NCBI RefSeq assembly: GCF_009914755.1
Contig: NC_060944.1
Source of the DNA: the human T2T-CHM13v2.0 reference genome, Homo sapiens
Direction: 5' to 3' (one strand)
DNA: 64,000 nucleotides
Part shown: piece after piece, positions 13,890-25,680 of the stretch
How positions within the stretch are numbered: the stretch's first letter is position 1
Layout: each line of letters starts with the position of its first letter
The notes under the pieces: generated by a model
Database searches by the model: none
What the model saw: the letters and a program-made list of their open reading frames with translations, nothing else
Told to the model about the DNA's origin: nothing
Translations under genes and position numbers: made by a program

Positions 13890-16410
13890 TTTCCCCCAGT
13901 GGTAGATTAGAAGCTTTCGGTGTGCCTCAAACACTTGGAAATAGCAAAATAGTACCTAGTGATCAGCTCTGTGAGTTTTAACTCAAAAAGGCGAGTGGGA
14001 ATCCACTGGAATCCTGAAGGACACCTCAGATTCTGGGGAGGAGAATGCAGGCAAATAGCCCCTAAGACAATGTGTTCCTCATAAAAGTGAGTGATATCCC
14101 AGAATGTGAGGGGGCAGAGAGTCTTCCTCTGTGATGTACCCTTCCACTGGGGATTCCATGGAACCAGGCCAAGGGAGAGCACTTTGTTTCTCCCAAGCCC
14201 TAGAGCTAACTTGGGGAGATGCTTGGACACTCTGAGAAGGAAAGACACTGGAAAAAGCTGCTGCCATTTTGTTAGACCTAGGACTAAGGGCAGTATGCTA
14301 TTTTTAATCTGGGCTCATAAGTCAGTCATTCTTAGGTGACCCAGCAGCTTGCCCACAAACTCATTTTAGTCTTGGGCCATATGGGAGTGCTTATGCTAGA
14401 ATGGGGTAGGGGCCTCCATATTAGAACTGAGCAGTGACTGCGAAAAATGCCCTAATAATAGGTGTTGGAATTGTGCTCACCCTTGTTGCAAGTCTAGAGC
14501 CAGAGGAGGTCTGCTGCAGCCATGGTTTCTCCTGGGTGATGACACTTGCAGTCAAGGTCATCTTGGTACCTGGAACTGGTCTCTGTGTATGAGTGCTGGA
14601 TGCGCCAGACTTATTCCCTGAGATTGTGGAGTGGCTGGATCCTCTCTGCCCCACACGTGGGCTGATCTCTTGGCATTCAGAGCAACTGCTCCCTCGGATC
14701 ATCAGCCTAAGCAGCCCCACCCTTCCTATGTATAGACTGTGGTGCAGCAGGGCCCTCTGTACTCCACACCCAGGTAGATCTCCAGGCATTCAGAGCACCT
14801 GTGTGCCTAAATCAGCAGCCTTTGCTGCCTTACCCTTCCTGTACAGAGACAGTGGTGAAGCAGGACCCTCTCTGCTCCATGCCCAGGTAGACCTCCAGAT
14901 ATTTAGAGCAGCTGCTCACTTGGAACAATAGCCTGAGCTGCCCCAACATTCCTGTGCAGAGATTGCGGTGTAGCAGCACCTGCTGCACTCCATGCCAAGG
15001 CAGATATCTGGGGATCTGGAGCACGCACTCCCCTGGATTAGGAATTTAGGCATTCCACCTCCTGCAGAGAAGCTGAGTCCAAGGAGGTTTCTCATATCCA
15101 TGCCTAGGCACATCTCTGGGTGCTCAATTGATGCCCACTGGACTCCCACTCAATGCTGGTGCTTGTACCTGCTATTGGAGCACCTGTAGTTATGCCTGCC
15201 CTATAGGGTTATAGAAGCAAAGCCAAAAACCCTATAATCACACCCCCTGGAGAGGGGTTGAAATGGAAAGAAAAACAATGACGTAGGGAAAGAAAGAAAA
15301 AAAAATCTGTCTGTATGAAAATAATTACAAAAATTGGAAGTGCCAATATGTCCAGATGAGAAAAAAACAGCACAAGAATCCTGGAACCATGAAACATCTG
15401 AATGTTGTGACACCATCAAAAGATTGTACTATCTCTCCAGAATGGTTCCTAACCAAAATGAAAACTCAAAAATGACAGATAAAGAATTCAAAGCATACAT
15501 TGCAAGAAAGCTCAATGAGATCCAAGACAATATTGAAAATCAACAAAAACAAATGTCTTAAGCAATCCAGGAAATGAAGAAAGAGAAACACATTTTAAAA
15601 GAAATCAGTCAGAGCTTGTCGAACTGATAAACTCCACTGAAGAAATTTCAAAATACAATTGAAAGCTTTATTATTAGACTAGACCAAACAAAACAAATCA
15701 CTTCAGAGCTTGAAGAGTAGTGCTTTGAACTAACCGAGTCAGACAAAAGAAATGAACAGTCTTTGAGAAATATGATGTTATATAAAATGACCAAACCTCT
15801 GAATTGTTAGCATTCCTGAGTGAGAAGGAGAAAACATAAACAATGTGGAAAGCATATTTGAGGTAATCCAAGAAAATTTCCCTAATCTTGCTAGTGTCAT
15901 AGACATCCAGACACAAAAAATACTGAGAACACCTGCGAGATACTATACAAAATGAACATCAATGCGTATAGTCACCAGGCTTTTCAAGGTCAATTAAATA
16001 AAAAATCTTAAAAGCATCTAGAGAAAAATGTCAGATAATGTACAAAGGAAACCTCATCAGGCTAACTGCAAAGTTCTCAGTGGAAACTGTACAAGTCAGA
16101 AGTGATGGGAACCTATTTTCAGCATTTTTAAAGACAAGAAAATTCAACCAATAATTTCATATCCTGTTAAACTAAGCTTTAGAAGCAAAGAGAAATAAAA
16201 TCTTTCTCAGGCAAACAATCAGTAAGGAAATTTGTTACCAGTAGACCAGGCTTACAAGAGATTCTTAAGGAAGTACTACACATGAAAACAAAAGAAAGAT
16301 CCAGCTAACATAAAAACAAACAAGTACATAGTCCACAGACTTTGTAAAGCAACTATGCAATAGAAACTACAAAGCAACCAGCTAATAACTTCATGAGAGG
16401 AGCAAAATTT
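13890..16410 (+). mobile_element. Old L1 (L1PB/L1MA class) 5' UTR with ~115-bp internal repeats, plus decayed ORF1
   Basis: ORF1-like MTDKEFKAYIARKLNEIQ (15334-15561); repeated ctccatgcccaggtagatctccagg units at 14700-15120. Confidence 0.75.
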
Positions 16411-16519
16411 CATTTATTTCTTAAATGACCATATGTAGTCATAGTTATAATTCTTCCCATTGTACAGATAAGTTAACTGAGTCTCCTAGAGATGACATCC
16501 CTAGCTCTCTCATTAAGGG

Positions 16520-16975
16520 TTCCATCTATCAGTTTCTGCTTTACCAGTGAGACTTCATTCTCTCAGCTACTGGGAGTGTGGCCACTGATGGCTCACAGCT
16601 GAGTCCTTCTGTGGGCATTGATCTGAGTCAAAGGGAGCTGCTTTGTCCAAGTTCATGTCCCTCCTGGAATTGCCTATTTTAAATAATAGGTCTATAAGGG
16701 AGTACAAAATGTTGACTCTTTTGCCCTAATATGCTACCACTCTGAGGCCATCCCCATTGCAGAGATCTCCATGGGCCTGACTTTGGCCTCTGCTGACCTG
16801 CACCCCTGCCTGACTTTTCCCTCTGCCCCACCTCATGCCCCTCTGCTGAGCTGCACCCCTGCCTGACTTCTTCCTCTGCCCCACCCCATTCCCCTGCCTC
16901 CCTAGCACATGCCTCAGTGAGCCTCTTGCCCTTGAATTTCCATCTGAGTCTGTTTCCAGGAACCCTAACCAAGAG
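16520..16975 (+). mobile_element. ERVL LTR16-like element with an internal ~52-bp tandem duplication (16788-16895)
   Basis: Ends catctgagtctgtttccaggaaccctaaccaaga; ctctgctga(c/g)ctgcacccctgcctgactt..ctctgccccacc occurs twice. Confidence 0.55.
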
Positions 16976-17819
16976 ATGGTGGAGTCAGGACCCACACCAC
17001 AAATATCCTGCCTTTTAAACTACAGTGGGTGTTAGATCTGTGAATGTTTGGAGGATGGGGCAATTCTTGTCTGGGAGACTGGATGTCTCTTTTCCCAGGA
17101 TTCAAGGGGTAGGATGCTCCAAATGTATTTAGACCTGAGACCTATTTGGAAAAATGGTGTTTTATCTGGAAAGTTCCCTGTTCTTGAAAATCTCTTACTC
17201 AGCTAGTACTATTTTTCCCTCTTTACTCCTTAGTAAAATGAAAACCAAAGCTTCCATTTGTATTGGACTTGGTGAAATATTTCACTTACCAAATTTCTTT
17301 GGATCCACCTGATGGGGAAGGCTAGGCAGGTAACATAAACCCCTTGTAATTTTGTGGAAATATGTAGAAGGGAATTTGGGGACAATAAGGCAGGTCATGT
17401 AATTTTCAGATAAATTTTGTTCGCATTGCACAATAAGCTTCATTTGCCACCCTGGCTCTGGGACTGGCACTTAGTGGTGTGTCAGCTCCATCATTTGTAG
17501 AAGTGTCCTGGCTGCAGATAGCAGGAGTCCTGAGAAACACTGGCTGCCTCTCCCATGATGACACTGGTGATTCACCAAAGGCCATGGGGGTGGTGTTCAC
17601 AGAGTAGGTGCAGGGTCCTTAGCAGGGGCCCAGGTGGTTTCCTTCCATCTTCTCCATCATTCATTGGGCTCTTGTTGTTGGGAACATGGCTCATAAGTGA
17701 AAGGCAGACACCATAGTTGGAGACGTTCTGTCCCACACTACTGCCTGAAACGTGAGGAGTAGGAGCAGGAGGAGGTCACAGGGGGTGAGAAGAGGGTGTG
17801 GACAGTGAGTGGGAGAGAG

Positions 17820-17820
17820 A

Positions 17821-17891
<71 letters not shown>
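17820..17891. repeat. Compound (GT)n(GA)n microsatellite
   Basis: Direct reading. Confidence 0.95.
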
Positions 17892-17895
<4 letters not shown>

Positions 17896-18673
17896 CATTC
17901 CGAGGACCCTGTCTTTTCTATTCAGTACAGGCTTTTCTTTTCTTTCCTTTTTCTTTTTCTTTTTTCTTTTTTCTTTTTTTTGTAATGACCTGGCTGCCTT
18001 CTTAGATGTTACTGCCTGGACTTGGGTCCTATGCCCCGGGGGGTGAGGAAGGCCAGGAAGTTTATTGCCTGGTGCTTTCAGACTTTCCACTCAGGGGAAG
18101 GGAAAGGGAGTAGGGACTGGCTGGTGAGGTTTTCAGAACAAAGTTTCTTAATATGAGAGTCCACAAAGAGTTTGTAGAAACTCCATTGTACTCCAAAGAT
18201 TACAAGCATGTTTGTGCAGGAGTGTGCATACACATACCTACACACCATTTCTACAATACTCATCTGACTCCTAATGAGATCAGTGACTATTACACTATTC
18301 TAATGTTGAAGTATGGATGCTGAGTTGTAAATGCAATGCCATGAGTTTGCACTGAAATTAAATGCAGACTCACTTCTTGAGCTTTACATATCCATTACTT
18401 TCAACTGAACTGGGCATCAGGCTATCTCCTCTTTACATTCAATGAAAGTAGAATACAGGAGAATGAAAGAGGATGAAATGGAGCACTCTAAAGCCAAGCC
18501 AGAGCCCACCTGCTAATTGCAGTCACTGAGTCCACAGCAGTGATGATTTCTCTGGTGGTGAAGGCTTTGTAGGGAATGTGACCTAAGATATCCTCTCTTC
18601 CCCAGGAACTCAGAGCATGTATCTGAAGACATTCAGTGCCACAAAAAACAAGCAAACACTTATTAAATACTAA

Positions 18674-19005
<332 letters not shown>

Positions 19006-19794
19006 TGAGAACACCCTATGCTGAAAATAAACTGCCGATTAACTCATAGTTGATAAGCTGTGAGGCATATGTGGGCATATCAACCACACCAATAGGTCAT
19101 TCAGCCATAGTATTTGTTAGTTTTAGTTTTAAAAATAGAGACATAGGGAGGATCCAAGGGGAAATAACCTATAATCTCATCACCCAAACACTCCTAACTG
19201 ACACTAAAAAAAATGTATAAAGAACACACACACATTTTTGTAATGTTCAAATGGAAAATAAAGATCCTAAATATAAAAAAAAGCAAAAGCCAAATTATCC
19301 ATCTCCCTACCCACTCTACCACCTCTCTTCCGTGGTATCCACTGTTAATAAATACAAATGACTGACTGCCTGTCTCCTTTCCTATATTTTAGGCTTTTAT
19401 GTGTATATCCACATGTGTAAATATGTGTCTAAATGTCTATACACTCATACACATGCGTGTTTACTTTTGTTTTTACAAGCTTTATATTAACACACCACAT
19501 ATACCTTGCTTTCAATAAAATAATATATTCAAGATATATTAAAATTATTTCCAGTTTAACACATATGTTGCTATCTAATTCTTAACCGCTCTTCCATCAT
19601 GTGTGTGCTCTATAATTTATTTGAGCAGTCTCTAGTGATGACATCATTTTGATCATGTCAAAGTTTGTGCTATTACCAGGACATTGCCATGGTCATCCAC
19701 AGGTTTCACTGAGTGTTGGTGACACTGTAAATGATATATTAATAGATTCTTAACATATTTTAAGTGTAGGTTTATTAACATCTATTAAATGTAT

Positions 19795-20185
19795 GATTGG
19801 TGTAGGGGATGGGCCTGTGATCCAGACCTGGCCTATGAGGCATGAGAAGGAATGAGCTAAGGAGTGCATAGGAGGAGGTTACTCACATTCAGGAAGGACG
19901 GGTGGAACAGAGGCTTTTCCCTAGGATCTTTCTGCCTCTGGATGTTGGTGTTGATGATGTGATGTCTGGAGCTGTAGCAAACACCTTGCTACCAGCTCGA
20001 GGCTGAAGCATCATAAACAGAAAGGTAAGGATGAGAGAATCCCAGGGAAGCAGAGCTAGATGCTGGGAGTTCTGCTCCTAAAACCTGTCTCACCCAGGGC
20101 CTTCTTATTATGACAGGTAGAGTACTCCCTTTGCATTCAAGCCATTTTTAATTGGGACCTTTCTTTACATGCAGTGGAAAGCCTC
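19795..20185 (+). mobile_element. MLT1 (MaLR) LTR fossil
   Basis: gatgtgatgtctggagctgtagca...caagccatttttaattggg..ttacatgcag motifs. Confidence 0.55.
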
Positions 20186-21329
20186 TTGCCAGCTCCCAAT
20201 GCCCATGCAAGTTTATTCTGCATGAGTTTCTCCTTCCCTCACTTCTTCTCCATGTCTCCTACTTTTGTGGCTGGTGGATTTGCCTCCCTCCCATTTCCTC
20301 TGGGACCATGCACTCTTACAAAAATATTAAAGTCTTCTAATAAAAATCCAGACCTTTAGTGATGCTAATGACTTTTAAGTACAGAGCTGTTCAAAAACCC
20401 CACAAAAAGCTCCAAGTGGGCCTCAGCAACAGCTTTACTTTGCTGGATGTTTTGTACAATAAAAAAGTGTGTGGTATTTTCACTGTAGTCAGTTAAGAAC
20501 ATTGGCTTTTTCTACTTTGGCTTTCTTCTTCACATTCACCACCCTCCGGATGGTGTAGGTTGGACCCAGGCATTTTGATATCTGGCTAAGAGGACGTTGA
20601 GTTGGGATGCATTTAACCTGGGGTGAGGGGAACACATTCCCGCGGTTCTCAGTCACTCCTGTGCATAGTCATGTTGCCTCAAACTGTCCTGGTGTAGGAG
20701 TGGCCCCAGACAAGGCCCTACCACCCCCTCGGTTTTTACCTAAATCAGCGAGGAGAGGTAGAACCTTGATCAGAAAATGTCCCCAGCACCTCACATTGGA
20801 AGCCTGTGATTAGCAGAGAGGAAAAAAGGTTTGCAATGTGTGGAGCCAGAAGCCCATCTATGGATAATGATTCCCAGCAGAAACATGGAAAATTTCAAGT
20901 GAGTGTTTGGTTCTTTTTGACCCTAGTCAAAAAAGGAAGTTTTACTCTATTGGAAATGTATTTGGTAATATGGCATATAAAATAATTATTGCATCATGCA
21001 GTTGTTTTTATTTTTGATGGTAATTGAATGAGATAGAATTTCTCAATTTTTGACATTTGTAGAGCACAGATCTGTGTGGTGAAACTACCCATAGTAAGGA
21101 CATATGTGTGTGAAGCGGCACAGAACTGATGGATGGGGCTGACCTCCCACCTCTTTTTATCCTGACCAAGTCTGGGAGCTCCACATAACACAGATATAAA
21201 ATTGTGACCAGCAGTAAGGCAGCTCAAAGAAATGCTTGCTTCAGGACAAACTCCTCCTGCACAGTCAATGAGCTAATAGATATAGCACATAAGGACATTT
21301 TTAGACAATTCTGAAGCTCAGTACAACAG

Positions 21330-21700
21330 TGACAGTTTAAAAATGCTGTGTTTGTGTCCATCGTCAACAGAAAGATTTGATAAGGTCCTCAGTTTTAAAA
21401 CAAGACAATTTAGAGGTATTAAAATCTTAGAGCTTGCAGATGAAAGGAAAATGAAAGAGGCTTTTCCAAACTGGACAACAACCAGAAAAATGTGCATGAT
21501 ATGGCCAATTATGAGTTTTGAATCAAGATGTTATGCACTATCAATTTTACAAGTGATCAAACCTTTTAGTGGAAAGACTGGTTTATTCTTCTGCTATACT
21601 TAATCAAAATCCTATGATAAATTAAATGTCTTATAATGAGACAAATAGTGATTCATTAGTTGAGTATAAAAACATCAAATGAAATTATGAGTTGTGTCAG
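21330..21700 (+). mobile_element. hAT (Zaphod/Tip100-like) transposase C-terminal fossil; paralogous copy at ~57920-58310
   Basis: Decayed hAT dimerisation-domain motifs: FPNWTTTRKMCMIWPIMSFE here, and FPN*TTIRQICIVLPI..EAERK..ERLVYLSAIFMENSIIKSMSCDEAN in the second copy. Confidence 0.55.
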
Positions 21701-22101
21701 TAGCTAATTAATAAAAATATCATGTGAGGAAGTAAAAATCATGTGGATTAAGAAGGGCAAATCTGCCCTTTCATCTGCAGAGTGGATAGATGGACTGATG
21801 TTAACAAAGCCAGTGGTATCATGAGCAGGACAGAATGTTCAAGCTGCAGCTTTGAAATGTCAAACAGCCTCTTGTTGGCTGATGACTGCTTTCTGACTCT
21901 GGGCAGGTGCCTGAGGCTGGGGTTAGAGAGAGTCCCTTCTCCCTGCCCAGCACCCAGCCCTGCAGCTGCTTCCTCTAGTCCAGCAGGCAACATCCCAAAG
22001 GATGCATGGTGGAGCTCCCAGTACCTCCATTGCCAAGTTAAATACCTCTTAACAAATCAAATTCATCACATTTGTCCCCCACCACCCCATCCACCTGCTC
22101 A

Positions 22102-22236
22102 TGTCAGAGGTGATTGAACCAGAGCAACTCCATCTGGAGTAGGGGCTGGGTAAAATGAGGCTGAGACCTACTGTGCTGCATTCCCAGATGGTTAAGGCAT
22201 TGTAAGTCACAGGATGAGATAGGAGGTCAACACAAG
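22102..22236 (+). mobile_element. MER41-type LTR 5' fragment
   Basis: tgtcagaggtgattgaaccagagcaactccatct..ggggctgggtaaaatgaggctgagacctact..gtcacaggatgagataggagg matches the MER41 5' end. Confidence 0.85.
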
Positions 22237-24204
22237 ACTGCTTTCTGACTCAATGGAAGACCTCATCCTCTAGAGTCAGGGGCTGTCAGAAACTTTGCTT
22301 ATCAGTAAGAAGAACATTCTACTGCCTGGAAGATCTATATCCACCTTTCCACAGAAGCACAGAGCTACAGAGAAGGGGTTTATGGACAGAACATTCCACA
22401 TCTGTCTGGACTTTATGGGTTCTAAGGACACAGGACTTAGGTCCACTTTGCAGACCAGGCTTGACACTGGCTGCTTTACACAGAGGCCTGCCATGCCCTG
22501 AGTGCATCGATGTCACCTCAAAATCCTTTCCCCTGGTCCTAGAAAAACCTCTTTTCTTTTTTGAGTCATCCCAGGTTTCTTGGTGTGAGTTTATTCCCTT
22601 ATTGCAACAAGGCAATAGACCTGAATCTGTTGACTGCAGAATCGGTGTTAGTGACTGATTGCAATAGATATGTGTTATTTTTCCCAATTTTGTGATGTTC
22701 GCAGTATTTTTCAGCATTTTCATACATATAATTTCCATGATTTATTTTCTCTTCCTAAATAAACATTAATTTTTGTGCTTAGTTTTGTATTGCTAACACA
22801 GTGCTTTTTTTTTTTTTTTTTTCTTTTTTTCCACAGAGAGCCCTTATGTTTGCTTCTCAGACCCTGCAGCTCCTTGGTCCTCCTGTCCTTGTTATGGCAA
22901 GTGTCTGCCTGCCCATGGAAAGACTGTGCTGTCTTGTGCTTATCTGGCCTCCGATGCACTCAACCCTCCTTCCAGAGTGATTTCTCTATGCTGGATTAGG
23001 GGTTTCTAACTTCTTCATTTTCAGTCTTTTACCACTGATTTGTGACATTATTTTTGGGAAAGAAAGTCTTAGAAAAGGCATAAAATTTCCAAAATGGGAA
23101 CTGAATGATATGGAATTTTATATTTTTTGATATTTGTAGGCGCAGATCAGTGTAGTGAAACCCTGTCTTACTCTCCTACAAAGACCTAGTGGCTTCAGGA
23201 CTCAGTTCAGACAATTCATTGGCTCAGAAGCTATTCCTGCTCACCCTCAGCATCCCTATCCACTTCTTCCCTCCTAGAGAGCAGACACACACACAGGGAG
23301 AAGGTGGGGGAAGCCCACTATACACCCCCCACTTTACTCCCAACTTTCTCAAGGGAGAGAGAATTGTGTCTGAGAAGTGGCTGGTTTACACAAGATCATC
23401 TCTTCATTGTGTGTCTTGAGGATGGTTGCTTGCGTCAAAGGAGATTTTCCATCCAGGTAGAAAATCATGAGCAACTCTCTGCAGGGATGTCTTCACCCCT
23501 AATCACCACTCTGAGCACCTCCTACTCTGCATGCAACCCCTCTCTCCCACCAGAAGCCTGAGTGACTACATCTGCCCATCCCCAAGAGGATGAGGCTCAG
23601 ACTCAAGTCCCCCAGGTCATGGCCTCCTGGGTGGTGCTTCACTTCCCAGATCCCAAAGACCTCTGTAAAATCAAGTCCAAGTGGAGATGAAATGGATGTA
23701 GATGTTCTCCACTCTCCCTGTCCATGTGTTTCCCACTCTGGATTTCTAGGTGTGGCACATGGGTGCCAGTCTCTGGACAATTTGGGCAGATTTCCTCTTA
23801 TCATTTTGCGCCCCTGCCCTCCGCCATGTTCATGGCAGCAGCCCTTGCTCAATGTGACTCTGAGCATGGAAGGTATTGGAGAGCCCTGCCCGGGACACCG
23901 GCCATGAGGCTGCCCCCCTGTACCCTGAAATGGCAAAGGGGACTGTGCAGGATGGGCTGTGTGACTTAGGACTGTAGTTTCCTGTTCAGGGCAGAAATAT
24001 CCACTGTTCTTTGGAATGCTAGTGACAATGAAGTGATGTTCTTTATTAATGAGAACATCCTTCTTGAAAACTGAAGACCGTCCACTGCATTACAGTCCTG
24101 AATGTTTTAATTTCTACATTCTTTATGTTAAGCTTGACATAATAACTTGGTTTGAATCCAAGTTCAGAGAAAGGGCCAGTGGGGGTGAACGTGAACAATG
24201 CTCC

Positions 24205-24455
24205 TAGGGTACAACCTCCCAGCACAGGGCACTGCCTCCCACCATAGGGCATAACCTCCAAGCATAGGGCACAATCTCCCAGGATAAGACACCACCTCTC
24301 AGTATAGGACACAGCCTCCCAACATAGGGCACCATCTCTCAGCATAGGACACCACCTCTCATCATAGCACATAGCCTCCCAGCACAGGGCACTACCTCCC
24401 AGTGTAGGGCACAGCCTCCCTGTCCAGCATAGGGCATGACCTCCCTGTATAGGGT
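24205..24455. repeat. 20-bp degenerate minisatellite (AGCATAGGGCACAGCCTCCC-like, ~12 copies)
   Basis: Direct reading; only ~3 copies at the paralogous site 60425-60485. Confidence 0.85.
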
Positions 24456-24639
24456 GCACCCTCATGGGACTGATCAATGGAGGCACTGCTTTCACACTAG
24501 AACCTGGGCTGCTCCCTTTGGAAGAGGTCAGACTTGGAGGAGGGGGCTGGTGGACAAGGAGAGCTTCATAAAGGGACTGCTAAAACCCTTCCTGTGTGCA
24601 CAGCCCCAGACAGCCAAGAACTCAGAGGGAGCCGATGCT

Positions 24640-25031
24640 ACTGTTTAGTTGCAGGAGAAGGGGTTGTGTGCACCATGCACCGGGGCTGTAAGAAGCAAGG
24701 AGGGAGGGCAGAAACCCGTGCTGCGCAAAAAACCTCCTGATGCCTTCTCTGTCTGTATCCTGGTGCAGGCCTGCAGAGGAGACCTCCCCCAAGGTAGGAA
24801 CCACCAATCCAAGGGTGAGAGCACTACAGTGGCATGGGTGTAGGAGGTGGTTGGTGCAGCTAGCCTACTACAAACCCATAGACATTCTGACACGTGGATT
24901 TCACCAAGGACATTCTGTCCTCCCAAGGAAATTCATAGATCTGGAAAGAGCAGAACTGTCTCTGTGAAAGGAAAGAGAACGGGACAATCAGTGTGAGTTG
25001 CAGTTAAAGCAGGAGACTCTCAGGCATGAGA
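24640..25031 (-). pseudogene. Orphan cystatin exon 3 with 3' UTR and ~70 bp of intron 2 (exon frame 24860-24961: RQFCSFQIYEFPWEDRMSLVKSTCQNVYGFVVG*)
   Basis: Colinear with CST1 61135-61533. Acceptor AG intact (24963-24962); ancestral TAG is TAT (24880-24878); polyA signal ATTAAA is ACTAAA (24649-24644). No exon 1 or 2 recognised upstream. Confidence 0.88.
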
Positions 25032-25680
25032 CCACCATCAACATAACATCAACATCATGGTCATCATCATCATCACCACCATCACCATGAGCCTCACTAC
25101 CATCACCATCACTATTATCATCACCATCACCATTACTGCCACCACCAAGACCATCACCAACACCAGTACCAGCATAATCCCCACCATCGCTACCATCATT
25201 ACCACCATCACCACTGTCACCATCATCATCATTATTATCACCACTACCATCATCATTATCAATACCACCATCTCTGCAATCATCACCATCACCACCACCA
25301 CTATTACTACCATCACTGTCACCAACTTCATTACTATTACCATCACCACTATTATCATTACAAGAGCTACCATCATCACCACCATTATAACCACCACCAC
25401 CACCACCATCACTATTATCACAATCACCATCACCATTATCAATACCAACATTACTGCTGTCATCACCATCACCATCACCACTACCACCATCACTATCAGT
25501 ATACTCACCATCATTATACTCATCATGACCACCATTACCATTATCATCATCAACACCATCAACATCATTACCATTACCAGCATTACCACCATACCATCAT
25601 CATCATCTTCAAAACCACCACCACCATTACCATTTTCATCTCCAGCATATCATTCTCATCACCATCATCATCTTCAGCAC
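25031..25680. repeat. Degenerate (CAC/CAT)n trinucleotide tract
   Basis: Direct reading. Confidence 0.95.

Larger units (their letters stand above)
20930..25031. repeat. Duplicated block A' (cystatin 3' flank + exon 3), paralog of ~57490-61533
   Basis: Many colinear matches, e.g. aatgagatagaatttc..gtgaaactaccca, aagggcaaatctgccctttcatctgcag, tcaggggctgtcagaaactttgctt, ccctgaaatggcaaaggg. Confidence 0.9.

Noticed and set aside
22102-22236. MER41 fragment as an interferon/STAT1 enhancer
   Set aside because: Only ~135 bp is present and it has no perfect TTCNNNGAA site (ttcccagat).
24205-24455. CRISPR-like periodic array
   Set aside because: Contiguous degenerate tandem units with no unique spacers, no cas genes and a eukaryotic context.
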